This document shows, one piece after another, positions 1 through 22,085 of a DNA stretch of 64,000 bases (the stretch's first letter is position 1; the number at the start of each line of letters is the position of its first letter). The DNA lies in the NCBI RefSeq assembly GCF_009914755.1, contig NC_060943.1. The stretch is one strand, 5' to 3'. The position numbers and the translations under genes are program-made. This DNA comes from the human T2T-CHM13v2.0 reference genome, Homo sapiens. The notes beneath the pieces are model-generated. The model was not told the DNA's origin and searched no databases. It saw only the letters and a list, made by a program, of their open reading frames with translations.

Positions 1-3
1 TAA

Positions 4-213
<210 letters not shown>

Positions 214-521
214 TAGCCAGGATGGTCTCGATCTCCTGACCTCGTGATCCGCCCGCCTCGGCCTCCCAAAGTGCTGGGATTACAGGCATGAGCCACCGCT
301 CCCACCCACAAATAAACTGTCTTCATCAAAGTTATTGAAAGAGAGAGAGAGAAAAAAAGCAACTTTCTTTATAAATTACTTCGTCCTTAGGAGGACAAGG
401 CGAGAGGATCACTTGAGGTCAGGAGTTCGACACCAGCCTGGCCAACATGGAGAAACCCTGTCTCTACTAAAAAATACAAAAATTAGCTGGGTGTGGTGGC
501 GTGCACCTGTAGTCCTAGCTA

Positions 522-656
<135 letters not shown>

Positions 657-958
657 TCAGTCTGTGATATTCTGTTACAGCAACAGAAAATATGCTGGGA
701 CAGGGACTATCTTTACTCTTTTCCATGTGGCTATCCAGATGTCCTGTAGGAAGTGTTTGTAAACCACTTAATCATTATACAGCCCCCAAGGGGTGATGCT
801 TTGTTGACATGGAAACTGGGAAGCAAAGATGCTTCTTGGGGACGAAGTGACTGAGCCAAGACTCTGATCCAGAAATATCTGGCTTTCAAGCATGGCTGCA
901 GAAGGGCTTTGTTTATGGGACACATTTTAGGTAATGTTGCATCAACTTATAAAAATCA

Positions 959-1249
<291 letters not shown>

Positions 1250-1552
1250 CTACCTCAAAAAGAAAAATAATTTTTCACATAAAAATCTGACCTAATTTTC
1301 AGCTTCTCTTCAGAGATGAGCAGTTCTGACAAAGGGACCTGTATTTTCCCGTAATCAGTGAGTTCTGAGTCCCTGCTGCTCCTTCAGACAGGGTCCATGC
1401 TCCCCATCACCTCCAGTCCCACCACTCATAGGTAAGTGTCCTTGTGGGCTCTTAAACTGGCCCACTTCTGTCATGTGAGCCTGCCTTGCCCTGAAAGCAG
1501 GCGAATTTCTGACCCCAGCCCTGTGTGCTTCTCTTTTCAGGAAGGATGGTGA

Positions 1553-1738
<186 letters not shown>

Positions 1739-2101
1739 TAGTGAGTGTATTAGTTAGCTGCTGTGTAACACTGTCCTAAAACAGTATCTGTTTTACTTAA
1801 AACAGTAACTGTTTCTTTAGCTCACAAACCTGCAAATAAGTGGTTTACGCCAGTCTCTGCTGGTACCCTCGTCTGTCTTGTTAGATGTAGGTCAGCTCTG
1901 CCTGGCGTTGTTGATCTTGGTGAGTCCTCTCACATGTCCTCACTGTACAACCCACACCTATGTGTAGTGGCCTAATAGGTGCCCAGTGAGACCTGACTCC
2001 CATCATTCATAACGTGCAGTCTCTCGTGACACAGGCCTGCCTGTTTTCTCCTTTTCCATTCTTCCTCTGCCAGAAAGCACTGATGGAGATAGTCCAGCTG
2101 A

Positions 2102-2281
<180 letters not shown>

Positions 2282-2518
2282 TGATTCTCTCTGGGTTATA
2301 AGTCATGGGGCCTCTGGTGTGAGGACCTGACCTTGGGTCCTCACTCCCTATGGGGAGTGCATGAAGAGGGAGGTCTGCCCTTTTCCCTCACCATGCAGAG
2401 CTTCACCATGTTGTGAGGTGCCCACGTGTCCTCACAGTCGGGAGTCTGGTCTGGAGCCTGGGCTTGTTGTTTCTCTCCTGAGCAGCCCCTCACCTCCTGT
2501 GTTTTTCCCCATTTCCAG

Positions 2519-2614
2519 GTCCTGAGCTTCCGAAGCCTGAAGTCATCTCCCAGCTGGAGCAAGGGACCGAGCTATGGGTGGCTGAGAGAGGAACCACCCA
2601 GGGCTGCCATCCAG
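2519..2614 (+). CDS. ZNF8: ZNF8 KRAB-B exon (GPELPKPEVISQLEQGTELWVAERGTTQGCHP)
   Basis: 96-nt exon between tttccag| and |gtgaga; KP.VI..LEQG...W motif; phase matches the flanking exons. Confidence 0.93.
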
Positions 2615-2689
2615 GTGAGAACCCACTTATGTGGGAGCAGCTAATGGGAGCAGCCTAGCAGGTCACTGGAGATGCACTTCATGGAAAGG

Positions 2690-3212
2690 GTGGTGGTTGG
2701 TGGTCCTGAAGACCACCCCATTCACTAGGAGTATACAGGACTCAGCATAGAGTCATGCTGACAGCTCTCAGTATAATGAGACCAACAAAGGGGAAAGGCG
2801 CGTGGGGATAAGTTCAGAGGAAGCCAGGCATGAGCCTCCAGAGTCCCCTCACTGTGGAGTCATTCAGGATGTGCCAGGCTCCCCCAGCACTCAGGTGTGA
2901 CACCTCATGAGACATGAGCTCTACCAGGGAATCTTGTTAAGAGACTCAGTGCTAGGAGTTTTGACTGAGGCTGCCACATAGACACTCTCTGCCTAGCACA
3001 GACCAAGGTTCCAGACTACCAGGAGAAAGCCAGTGTTTGGAATAAACCACATAGTGTGTGCAGTGTGGGTGTAGTAAACCACTCTCATCAGTTAGGGTTG
3101 TGGGAACCATCCCCAAATCCAAATTCTCAGTTGCAGCCAAAGGCTAACCTTGTGAATAGGCTTCTCCTAAGAATGCTGGTCTCAGGCCTGCCCTGTTAAA
3201 TCTTTTCTGCAC
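2690..3212 (-). mobile_element. Old LTR element, MER68/MER77/MER21-like
   Basis: Ends in ggcctgccctgttaaatcttttctgcaca, the reverse complement of a TGTGCAGAAAAGA.TTAACA-type terminus; subfamily and left edge uncertain. Confidence 0.45.
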
Positions 3213-3330
3213 AGTGCTCCATAGCCTTCTCACCTGTGCTCCCCATCTTCTAAGCTCAGAGGTCATCACCTGTGCTCCAGTGCTGAGAATCCCACCCCTT
3301 CCTCCCTCTCTGCTTCATCTTCCCTTATAG

Positions 3331-7435
<4,105 letters not shown>

Positions 7436-10400
7436 CTTATTTCAAATATAAAATAAAATAATGGTGAAGAATCCCTGTCCAGGCAGATCCCACTCCCAGT
7501 GCACTCACAGGGGTTTGTGGGCTCAGGGATGGCTGGGCGATCTCAAGCCCCTCCTTGGCCCCTGTCACTCGTCTGGCATCATTCCTTACTGGTTCCCTCT
7601 TGCGGTTGCTCAGCTTCACCTGCTGCAGGTCACCTCCTGGCTGACTACAGTCCCAGCTCTTCTCCCATTTCCTCTCTTCATCAACTGCTCACCCTCTCTC
7701 TCGGAGACTCCATGGCTTCCCATGTGCCAGGATCAGTGAGTTGTTCTGGGCAGCCAGGAGTCAGGCTGGAGTTGGAGCCTGTCTCAACCTCAGTGCTCTT
7801 TGCTGTTCCTGGCCAGGCCAGTTCACTAGTGTTCTCAAGTCCCCCTCCTCCGGATGTTCTTCCGCACTCTCCCAGCAGGCAGCGTTAGTCTTGGCTGGGG
7901 TCACAGTGTTGTCTTTAGTCTCTGTGTTTTCGTCCGTGTTGTCTCTCAGGCAGTCTCCCAGCTCACGAGCCTGTTCCATGGATGTTCCTGAGGACCTGCC
8001 ATGTGCTGCTGTTTGTGCTGTGGATGCAGCAAAGAATGACAGGAAAGGCTGAGCCCTCACTCAGCATCTGGGAGATGGAAGTCTTGAGAGATGGATGCCA
8101 GTGCCAGGCAGTGATGAGGCCGTAAAGGAAATGCACCTGGGGAGGGCAAGATGGGGTGCTCATGCCCCGGGACTGGCAGGGAGGCCTCTCTGAGAAAGTG
8201 ACTCAAACTGGGGCACAGGGAGCAAGGTGGGCAGATGTCTGGGGATGAGGGTTCTTGGCAGAGGGAGCAGCAGGTGCAAAGGGCCCCAGGAAGGAGTATG
8301 GGGGATGCATTAGAGGGATGTGAGGAGCCATGTGGAGCAGAGTGGGCGTGGGGCAAGAGTCAGGAGGTGAGACGAGCCAGGGCATGGTGGAGAAGGGCAC
8401 AGGGTCGTGTCCATCCTCAGAAGTGACTGCAGAGTGAATGGAGGAGTGACCAGGGCTGGCTTGCAGTGGGGAGGAGGGGGGGTCTGTTTGGTTTTGCATA
8501 ATAGCTTTATCAAGATAAAATTGACATACCATAAGTTCACCTATTAAAATGTACCACTCAGCGGTTTTGAGTATATTCTCAGATTGTGTGCAGCTATCTT
8601 TACTATCTAACTCCAGAACATTTCATCACCATCTTAGTCAGCTTGGGGTACCGTGACAAAATACCACCGCCTGGGTGTCTTGTACAACAGACATTTATTT
8701 CTCACGGTTCTGTAGGCTGGAATTCTAAGAGCACAGTGCCAGCTGATTCGGGCCCTGGTAAGGGCCCCTTCCTCAATTGCAGAAGGCCGCCTTCTCTCTG
8801 TGCCCTTATATGGCAGAGAGAGGAAGCAAGCCCTGTGGTATTTCTTCTTATAAGATCACTAATCTCATTCTTAAAGGCCCCACCCTCGTGACCTAATCAC
8901 CTCCCAAAGGCCTCATCTCCAAATACCCTCACAATGGGGATTAGGGTTTCAACATAGGAATTTTGCTATCGACATTCAGTCCATAGCAGTCACTCTCCGT
9001 CTTTCCCATCCCCTGCCAACCAGTAACCTACTTTCTCTCTCTATGGATTTGCCTGTTCTAGATATTCCATACGAATGGAATCTTACAATTTGTGACCTTT
9101 GTATCTGGCTTCTTTCACTCAGCAGAATGTTTTCCGGCTTATCCATGTTGTAGCGTATGTCAGTACTTTGTTCTTTTTTGTGGCTGCATAATATCCCGTC
9201 GTATGGATAGACCATATTTTGTTTATGCATTTGTTGAGGGGCATTTGGGTTGTTTCTACTTTTGGCTATTAATTAATAGTGCCACTATGAACATTAGTGT
9301 ATAAATTTTTGTGTGAAGTGACTTATATTTTAGAATAAACCTCTGGGTGCTATGTAGAGAGTCAGTTTTTTTTTTTTTTTGAGACAGAGTCTCTGCTTGG
9401 TCGCCGAGGCGGGAGTGCAGTGGTGTGATTTTGGCTCACTGCAACCTTCGCCTCCCAGGTTCAAGCGATTCTCATGCCTTAGGCTCCTGAGTGGCTGGGA
9501 CTACAGGTGTATAACACCACACCCGAATAATTTTTGTATTTTTAGTAGAGACAGGGTTGGCCAGGCTGGTCTTGAACTCCTGACCTCAAGTGATCCTCCA
9601 GCCTCGGCTTCCCAAAGTGCTAGGATTACAGGCATGAGCCACCGGGCCTAGCCAGAGAGTCATATTTGGGGGCCAGAGGTGACAGAGCAGGAAGCCTGGC
9701 ACCTGGCCAGCCTCAGCTCCTCCATTATCTCTCCCGTTGTCAAGCTCTCATTCATTCATTCCCTCGATACGTTCCTTCAGCATTCACTGAGAGATATTTT
9801 TGAGCTTCTACTACTTGTCATTTCTAGGCACTGGCTGTGAACATTCTAGTGCGGTGAGGTGTACCCAGAATGAATGAACACATGACCTGTATTTTGGTCA
9901 GGACAAGAGCAGATGAGGGGGCTTGAAGAGGGCTTGGGGAAAGCGGGAAGCCTGGCTTATAACAGAGTCCCTGTCCTAATCCCCAGAACTGGTTATCTTG
10001 GATACTGGGTGAGCAAGAGGGTCAGAATCAGACAAGGAGATGTGACAGCAGAAGCAGAGGTGAGTGAGAGAGATCTGAAGATGCTGTGCTCAGCTCTAGA
10101 GGTGAAGGAAAGGGCCAGGAATGCAGGCAGCCTCTAGGAACGGGAAGATGCAAGGATTTTCCCCAGAACCTCCCGAAGAGAAACCAGCCCTGCCAACACC
10201 TTGATTTTAGGACTTCTGTGTTCCAGAACTATAAGATAATAAGTGTGTTTTAAGTTACAGCAGCAAACAGGGAACTCATATACCTTGACTTCATTGCCAG
10301 TGCATGGCCCACAGCAGGTGCTCAATAAATGTTTGTTGAATGAGTGGAGCCGTGTCTGAGGGCACTTGATGTTAAAATAAGAGGAGAATCAGGGGACTTG

Positions 10401-10512
10401 CCAGGGCAGCTGGTTAGGACCCCATTTCAATATCAGGCCTATGGTGTTGGAGGCCTGTCCCCCTTCCGTTTTTTTCTCCCAACAGCTCAGAGATCTTTGG
10501 GTTTTCTTTCAG

Positions 10513-11951
10513 CCTGGGAGCCTCGATCTGAAAGCCAAGCATCACGCAAGGAAGAGGGCCTGCCTGAAGAGGAGCCATCCCATGTCACGGGAAGGGAAGG
10601 ATTCCCGACAGATGCTCCTTATCCCACCACGTTAGGGAAAGACAGGGAGTGTCAGAGCCAGAGTCTGGCACTCAAGGAGCAGAATAACTTGAAGCAGTTG
10701 GAATTTGGCCTCAAGGAAGCACCAGTTCAAGATCAAGGCTACAAAACTCTCAGACTCAGGGAAAACTGCGTCCTGAGTTCAAGCCCAAATCCATTCCCAG
10801 AGATCTCTAGAGGGGAGTATTTGTATACTTACGACTCACAGATTACAGACTCAGAACATAACTCCAGCTTAGTCAGTCAGCAGACAGGCTCCCCAGGAAA
10901 ACAGCCCGGTGAAAACAGTGACTGTCACAGAGATTCCAGTCAGGCCATTCCAATTACGGAACTCACAAAAAGCCAGGTGCAGGACAAACCCTACAAATGT
11001 ACTGACTGTGGGAAGTCGTTTAACCATAACGCACACCTCACCGTGCACAAGAGGATTCATACGGGAGAAAGACCTTATATGTGCAAGGAGTGTGGGAAAG
11101 CCTTCAGCCAGAACTCCTCCCTCGTCCAGCATGAGCGCATCCACACTGGAGACAAGCCCTACAAGTGTGCCGAATGTGGGAAGTCTTTCTGCCATAGTAC
11201 ACACCTTACCGTCCATCGGAGGATTCACACTGGGGAGAAGCCCTATGAGTGTCAGGACTGTGGGAGGGCCTTCAACCAGAACTCCTCCCTGGGGCGGCAC
11301 AAGAGGACACACACTGGGGAGAAGCCATACACCTGCAGTGTGTGTGGGAAATCCTTCTCTCGGACCACTTGCCTTTTCCTGCACCTGAGAACTCACACCG
11401 AGGAGAGGCCCTACGAGTGTAACCACTGCGGGAAGGGCTTCAGGCACAGCTCATCCCTGGCCCAGCACCAGCGGAAGCACGCGGGGGAGAAGCCCTTTGA
11501 GTGCCGCCAGAGGCTGATCTTTGAGCAGACGCCAGCTCTCACAAAGCATGAATGGACAGAAGCCCTGGGCTGTGACCCACCTTTGAGTCAAGATGAGAGG
11601 ACTCACCGAAGCGACAGACCCTTCAAATGTAATCAGTGTGGGAAGTGTTTCATTCAGAGCTCTCACCTCATCCGGCACCAGATAACTCACACCAGAGAGG
11701 AGCAGCCCCATGGGCGAAGCCGGCGGCGTGAACAATCCTCGAGCAGGAACTCACACCTGGTTCAGCATCAACACCCGAACTCCAGAAAGAGCTCTGCAGG
11801 CGGAGCAAAGGCAGGGCAGCCGGAAAGCAGAGCCCTGGCTTTGTTTGACATCCAAAAAATCATGCAAGAGAAAAACCCTGTGCACGTTATTGGGGTGGAA
11901 GAGCCTTCTGTGGGTGCTTCCATGTTATTTGACATCAGAGAATCCACATAG
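10513..11951 (+). CDS. ZNF8: ZNF8 terminal coding exon: spacer, 6 tandem C2H2 fingers, degenerate finger remnants, 7th finger, unique C-terminus
   Basis: Acceptor ttctttcag| at 10512; ORF 10344..11951 with TGEKPY linkers; the three exons total 1662 nt in frame, consistent with the 575-aa ZNF8 if exon 1 adds 22 codons. Confidence 0.96.
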
Positions 11952-12809
11952 GAGAGAAACTTTGCTGATGACTTTTAACCACAAGTAAAAAATGTGGTAA
12001 GTCCACATAGTGTACTCATGGAAGGAGGGGCTGGGGGTAGAAATGTCATGGGTGACTTCTGACTTTCTAAGGAAATGATGCTTCCCAAGCACCCGAGGTT
12101 GGTTGGTCCCAAATCTATCAAACTCAGTGCCCTCTTTAGCGACATATTTTGTGACATTCCTTCCATTACACCACAGTGAGTTCACAGGTAATATAACCTA
12201 CCCACCTGTGTAATGTCAAAAAAAATCAATATGCGGCCCCATTTTGTAAAGGATCATTAAAATGAAAGTAATTTATGGTAGAGTAAATTGTAGAGTAACG
12301 TGTACTGACTTGGTGCAGTATTTATCCTTGTCACTGTGGGCCCAATTTTGCCAGGAGACCTAGGGCAATAGCCTGTTGCTTGTGGACTGGTAGAGGGTAT
12401 GATGTTGACCATGGCAATACTGTGAGGGGCCTTCCCATGTGGAACGTGACCTTCCAAAGTAGTGACTAACTCTTGGAAAAGTTTTTAACAACATAATATG
12501 CTATTGCATTTCTGGGAAATTCTGGGTAAATTCCAAGCATGCAGCAATTAGTTTGTGCTTATGTGTGAAGTCCAGTTAGGTTCTCAGTTCATACCCTGAA
12601 AACTGCTTATTCCACATCTGTTGATGTGGTCCACTGGGGGCAGTTCTGTTCCTCACCATCTTGGCAGCATGCATGGCTCCTGCCCACATTTCAACCACAC
12701 CCCCAACCCAATTACGTGACCAGCCCCCACGAAATTTCACAGCATTCCGTGCAGGGGAGTGTCACAGCTCCTCTTGAAAAACATCTGGTGTTGCTATGAG
12801 CCAGAGGTT

Positions 12810-16249
<3,440 letters not shown>

Positions 16250-17013
16250 CTATCCAATCAAGGCAGAGCTGGCCTCCAGGATGCCAGAGCCAGAGCTTTG
16301 TGGTTCATCTCTAGAGGTTCAACAGGACCCTGTGGATGGCCCAAGTTCGTTTCTCTGCACTTACCTCTTCGGGGTTGTCCTCAAAACGTTGCCGTGTCAG
16401 CTCTCACTTTTCACAGCAACTCTGGCCTCCTACCTTGGACTGCGCCACTTCTGTCTCCTTAGATAACCTCCATTCGCATAGCTAAATGCTGCACCCTCCG
16501 ACACTGCCACAATAATAGTTCTGTGAGTTAGTACCATTTTATAGATAGGCAAAATTTGGCACAGGACAAAAGTTAGTGGTAACTAGAACAAAAGTAACCA
16601 GCCCAAGCTAGGAAGTGGTGGAGTTAGAATTTGATGTCAGCACCCAGCTGACCATGGCTTAAACAGATGAGGCTTTGTTCAAAGGCTGTCTTTTCAGTGG
16701 CTCAGCTGTGTCACAGTCGATGTTTTCTGCAATCTCTCAACCTTTCCATTGTGGTCATGAGGAGACTCCTATGGCTCCAGCCATTGCATCCACAGTGAAG
16801 ACTGAAAGAAGGGGGAATGGGCAGGCCAACACTTACCGCTGATGGTGTTTAAAGGAAAAACATTCCCAGAAGCCTGCAGCACATGCCCCCCTTAGTCTCA
16901 CTGGCCACAGATGGGTCAGGGGGCCACCCCTAATAACAACGGGGCTTAGAAACCTCGTATTTACCTTTCTAACCTCTGTGGTGGAGACAGGTGGGAGAGA
17001 AAAGTCCTGGGAA

Positions 17014-17184
17014 GTGGATGATGGAGGCAGCTAGCCGTAGCTGCTGCTTTTCTCTTCAAGCTCTTGGGAGAATTGCTTGTGCTCCCTATTCCCTTGGTGG
17101 ATGATGGAGGCAGCTAGCCGTATCTGCTGCTTTTCTCCTTCAAGCTCTTGGGAGAATCGCTTGTGCTCCCTATTCCCTTGGTGG
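17014..17184 (+). repeat. Two-copy tandem duplication of an 83/84-bp unit
   Basis: gtggatgatggaggcagctagccgta...ccctattcccttg occurs at 17014 and 17097. Confidence 0.92.
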
Positions 17185-18168
17185 CAGCTCACACCTCAGA
17201 CCTGCTGTCCGCCCCCACTGCTTCACAGAACCCACTGCAACCACTGTCCAAGGTACTACCTCTGGTGTCGTCTCTCTTCATCCCCAGGACTGTGAAGCCT
17301 GCTAACCTCTTTGCAGAGCTCCATCTCCTTGCATTGTGGGGTTCCTTCTGACTCTTCAGGGACTTCTCAACCTCCCGTCACCCTTCCTAAATGCTGGGGT
17401 CCTAGAGTCCACCTTGTGCTCCACGCCCTCCCCAGGTGTCATCTACATCCCTAGCTTTGTGCTGCTCACCACCAAATCAGTCTGGTGCTTCTGAGATTTG
17501 GGCTTCAGACCCAAACAACTGCTGTGTGCTACTGGGCAACTCCCCGAGGTGTGCCGAAAGCTCCCCAAACCCAGCCTACCCCAAACAAAACTCATTTTCC
17601 ACCCAGACTAGTCTCTGCTTCCCTGATCCCTTTCCTGGAGGCTGTTTCCACTTGCCATCCCATCATGGAAGCCAGAAAACCAGTCTTCTTGACCTCTCCC
17701 CTTCCCCACTCCATGGAGTTAGAGGTCCTGTTGATTTTGCCATGTAAACATTTCGGATTTGCTTACTTCATCCCCACTGCCACCAACAGTGCAGGATGGC
17801 CCTAAGAGGAGAAGTAATGTGCTACCAAGTGGCCCAGCCAGAGTGTGAACCAAACAGTCTGGTACCAAAACCCTATTCTGGATCATTCCTCCTTTCTGCT
17901 CCACCAGCAGTTTGGGGCACAGGCTTGGGAATCCAGACAGGAAAGCTCCTCCCCTCTGAAGCAGTGGGACCAAAAATGACAGCATGGTTCTAGACAGCTC
18001 TGGAAGTCAGGCCTGTGATTGCCTCATTCCCTCCACCTTGGCCCCCAAAATGGCCAGTCCTGAAGGGGTCACAGTTGATACTTCTCTGAGGGGGCATGGG
18101 GTTGGCTGAGGTTATAGCAGCCCCACAGGGTGGTAAGCTGGGATGAAGCAATCAACTGGAACTCAACA

Positions 18169-19416
18169 AGCCTTGAGTTCTCAAAGGGGGTGTGGGAAGG
18201 TTCTTATACATCTTCTATGAAGGGCAGTTTATCAGTCACTAAATTACAAATACATAAACCCTTTGTCTCACCAAACCTGCTGGGAATGAATCCTACATAT
18301 ATATTTATATGTGTGCAGGCTACATGGTTTTCATTATGCTATTGATTTTAAAAGTAAAAATTTGGAAAGAACCTCCATGTCCACCATGGGGAACTGGCTA
18401 AGTCATTTATGGTGGAATGGTGATCATAAAAATTCATTAAAAATGAAGACTCTATATACAGCTTGAATATTCCTTATCGAAATGCTTGGGACCAGAAGTG
18501 TTTCAGATCTTTGCATATTTTCTGTTTCTCATTTCAGTTCACATTTTCTAAGCATGATATTCCTACTGATTTCCTTGTAGATATTTTGAAACAGATAAGA
18601 AACTCCTCCGTGGAAATTACTGTTAACTAGGGAAAAGACATGTTTTTTTCTGTTCATAAAAGTAATGCGAGTTCTTTGTAGCAAAACTTGGAAAATGCAT
18701 AAAAGTAAAAAAAAAATGAAAACTTGTGTAAAATTCCTCATACTTTAGCCATCCATAGATGGTCCTTACCATTAGGATTTTACTAATTTTCCTTGCAGCT
18801 TTTTCTTAAAATATACACGTGTGTCTACACATACATAGTGTACACTAAATTTTACATACACACAGAGGAATATATATGTGTATAGTTATCTTGTGTTTAG
18901 AAATTTGGAATCCCTTCTAGTTGTCTTGTAACATGTGCTTACTCTATTTTGAGGATTTTCTCTATGAATTTCATGTAGCTCTTTAAATTAACTTTCAGGA
19001 GGATTGTAACAATGTGCTCTCCACCCAGTATTTTACCAGCCTTGAGTTTTCTCAAAGGGGGCATTGGAGGGGTTCTTATACATTTACAGTGGGAATGTGA
19101 ATTGATACAACTTCTGTGGAGGGCAGTTTATCAGCCACTATCTAAATTACACATACATAAACCCTTTGTCTAAGCAAACTTGCTGGGAATAAATCCTACA
19201 CATATATTTGTATGTGTGCAGACTGTTTGTACATGGTTTTCATTATGCTATTGATTTTAAAAGTCAGAATTTGGAAACAACCCTCCATGTCCACCATGGG
19301 GAACTGGCTAAGTCATTTATGGTGGAATGGAGATCATAGCCTTAAAAATGAAGACTCTTTATATACAGGTTGAGTATCCCTTATCCAAAATGCTCAGGAC
19401 CAGAAGTGTTTCAGAT
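18169..19416 (+). repeat. Dispersed direct duplication (18169-18508 and 19038-19416) of an old L1-like / Tigger4(MER46)-like junction
   Basis: Shared blocks such as ccatgtccaccatggggaactggctaagtcatttatggtggaatgg and gaccagaagtgtttcagat in both copies. Confidence 0.88.
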
Positions 19417-19662
19417 TTCAGATTTTTGAATTAGGGATCCTCAAACTATACTAATGTGAGAAAGAGCTCTAAGATAGTTAAGTAGATAAAAGCAAGGTGT
19501 CAAACTGTAGAGTATGTTTCCATTTATGTAAAGAAGAAACAGGCTAGGCAAGGTGACTCACGCCTGTAATCCCAGCACTTTGGGAGGCCGAGGCGGGTGG
19601 ATCACCTGAGGTCCGGAGTTCAAGACCAGCCTGACCAACACGGTGAAACCCCATCTCTACTA

Positions 19663-19939
<277 letters not shown>

Positions 19940-21569
19940 TCACTCTTTATCATTTTATATTTTTGGAATTTTGAAACATGTAAAATTATTACCAGTTCAA
20001 AAAATAAATTTAAACAAAAATCTTAACTGTTTCAAATTAAAGTAAGTTTGATAATTTCTTTCATTGTTTACTGTCTGCATCCCCCATACAGTGTTCACAT
20101 GAGCAGAGAGTGTGTGTCTTGGTCATATTCATACTTGTTCTATATATACTCGTGTGTGTGTGTGTGTTCAGTTGACAGAAACAGTTGAGTGTAAAACAGC
20201 TTCAACTCGATGATACCAAAGATACAAGATAAAGGTCCCTGGAGGGTGGCTGTAGCGCACACATACATTTCCAAGTTACTTTGTTAAATTTCCTGTATCA
20301 ATGAGCCCCAATTATGAGAGCCCCCTACATACAAGTTTTAGCCAATAGCCAAGTCCCCCATTTCCAGTGTTATCTTCATGTCCTCCAAGGTATTCAAGTT
20401 GTTTCTGCAATGGGTAACTGGGAAGAAATCAGCATCCAGTCTGAAAAGCAGTCTCCCATAGGTCTTTTGTAAGGAGATCCAACATGGACATCTTCCAGAA
20501 TGCACTGTACAACATGGTAGCCACTAGTCATGTATAGCTATTTAGATGTAAATTTTTTTAATTAAAAAAATTTTTCATTTATAGCAACAGGGACTCACTG
20601 TGTTGCCCAGGTTGGTCTCGAATTCCTGGGCTTTAGTGGTTCTCCCACTGTGGCCTCCCAAAGTGCTGGGATTACAGGCGTGAGCCACCATGCCCGGCCC
20701 AGAGCTGATAGAATTTTTAAAGTCCCCCTGTGATGATCTGACTGTGGTAGGAGTAGGGAGGTGTAACCCGAGTCAGTATGCACATTGGGAGCCTCCTCCA
20801 CTAGGTCATACAGGCCTTCTGCGTGTAGATGGAATTATCATGTCCCACACTGTACCCCGGCACCTCCCTCGATTAAGGTGATTTGCATCATGCAGGGCCT
20901 GCCTGTTATCAGAGAGTCTCCTGGACATACAGAAATAGGAATGTACAGGGACTGCATACACCTGTTGCTCAATTTCTAGCTAAATGGCTGGAGGTGGGGG
21001 ATAAAGAAATGGCATTCATACGGTGTAATACTAGCCATGTTTCAGAAAGTTTTCAAAAAATGTTTAGTGGAGAAATGTGCAGGGTCAGTGGAAGAAAACC
21101 TGTAAAATTATATTATGATTGTTTTATACTCTATACGGACAAGCCTAAATTGGAGGGCATTTTGGAAAACTCGCTTGGATACATGAAAACTGCCAAGATC
21201 ATTATAAAGAAACAACAGGATCCATTCTAGATTGAAAGCAACTTGAAATGAGACAGTAGAGTGTAATGCGTGTTTAGTTTGTGCTTGAATAAAAGACGAA
21301 AACTACGTAAGACATTGGGACAACTGGAGAAATTAGCATATGGGCTGGGGATTGGGTACAGGCTTCAATGTCGTTACTTGGGTGAGTTGAAGAATGTACG
21401 TGTTCTTAGGGGACATCTGCTTAAGGATATACAAGGTTCAGGGGGGAAAAATATCTCCAAACGATATACTTTTATATCTATGTGTGTACATGTGTGCGCG
21501 TAGAGAAAGAAAAAAGTACATACGCTGTATATTTCAAAGAACATATAAAACCATGGATGTCAATATACT

Positions 21570-22080
21570 TCCCTTCCGGTGCGCTGCCTGCGCAGAACCG
21601 AGAGGTTCTGACGATCCGCAGCTCCCACGCTCCCCTTCCGGCCCCGCAGCGCTGTGAACTCCATTTCCCAGAAGGCCTTGTATCCCGTGCATGGCCGTTT
21701 CCAGGCAGGAAGGCGAAGGGCCTTCTGGGAGGTGAGGTCCTGGGCGGCCGCTGGCCACCAGGCGGAAGTGCGTACCGGAAGTGCCGGCGGCAGTGTGTAA
21801 GACGCTCACGGGCGCGCGGACTATCGGGCGGCTAGGCTCTCTGAGGAGGCTGCCACAGTGGTGAGTGGTGTGTGGAGGAGAGGCGAGGGTGATTGTGAGG
21901 GATGGAGAGGCGCCCGTGGCCTAAGTGTGCTGATGGTGGGAGTGAATGAGTGGACGGGTGGGACCTGTGAGGGGAACGCGACCCCGGGTCGGCGCGGGCA
22001 GAGAGGCGCGCGGTGCGTGAGGGCGCGACCTGCCATGTCCTGCCGGGTGTCACCGCTTATGCGCCCGTGGGAGGGGAGCA
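21570..22080 (+). promoter_or_regulatory. ERVK3-1: CpG-rich promoter with a non-coding first exon ending at 21860 (ERVK3-1 exon 1)
   Basis: High CpG density; ZNF143-like actccatttcccagaaggc at 21658-21676 and an inverted copy near 21720; ETS sites ggcggaagtg (21761) and ccggaagtg (21775); donor cagtg|gtgagt at 21860/21861. Confidence 0.85.
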
Positions 22081-22085
22081 TTCTG

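Noticed and set aside
10344-10512. N-terminal extension of the 535-aa ZNF8 ORF (likewise 54427-54667 for ZSCAN22 and 35259-35511 for the pseudogene)
   Set aside because: Intronic sequence upstream of clear splice acceptors that happens to be in frame
10869-11735. Antisense and alternative-frame ORFs over zinc-finger exons (also 55051-55470)
   Set aside because: Shadow ORFs produced by repetitive C2H2 codon structure
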